A stretch of 12,754 bases of DNA from a virus. The position numbers were made by a program, and so were the translations under genes. Below, piece by piece: positions 12,693 through 12,754 of the stretch (position 1 is its first letter; the number at the start of each line of letters is the position of its first letter). The notes beneath the pieces were generated by a model, which had not been told where the DNA came from, ran no database searches, and was given only the letters and a program-made list of their open reading frames with translations. The DNA lies in IMG/VR virus record IMGVR_UViG_3300023291_000078; one strand, given 5' to 3'.

Positions 12693-12754
12693 TAAGTTAA
12701 TTCCTCTATTACGATTGGGGTTAGTTCGTGAAGCTCTCTAATTACAGCTTCAAA
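12614..12754. repeat. Right copy of the 141-bp terminal overlap
   Basis: Identical to 1-141. It contains the fibre start codon (12690-12692) and the last codons of the 166-aa gene. Confidence 0.95.

Overview
The window closes on itself. Bases 1-141 are identical to 12614-12754, so it is a complete 12,613-bp circular (or circularly permuted) replicon. It reads as a very small tailed-phage-like genome of a Gram-negative host. Almost everything is on the minus strand in tightly coupled operons, in this transcription order: RHH regulator, 296-aa unknown (candidate initiator), 52-aa ORF, 172-aa unknown, 85-aa unknown, portal, 127-aa protein, scaffold, decoration protein, major capsid, an intrinsic terminator, large terminase, 166-aa structural protein, 500-aa tail fibre, 76-aa membrane protein, an 865-bp ORF-free block, holin, signal-peptide SLT endolysin, and overlapping i-/o-spanins. 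Only two small genes are on the plus strand: a DUF2693/WYL_2-like SH3-barrel protein and a 47-aa ORF. They diverge from the RHH gene and end at a clean terminator. I cannot recognise a DNA polymerase, primase/helicase, integrase, small terminase, prohead protease, tail tube/tape measure, tRNA or CRISPR array. The most unusual aspects are the minimal gene set in a closed 12.6-kb genome and the motif-dense 865-bp non-coding block, which shares short exact motifs with the divergent promoter region. All family assignments come from reading motifs by eye; no searches were run. The ORF track uses TTG/GTG starts in places, and I adjusted a few starts to ATG codons with a Shine-Dalgarno (SD) sequence.
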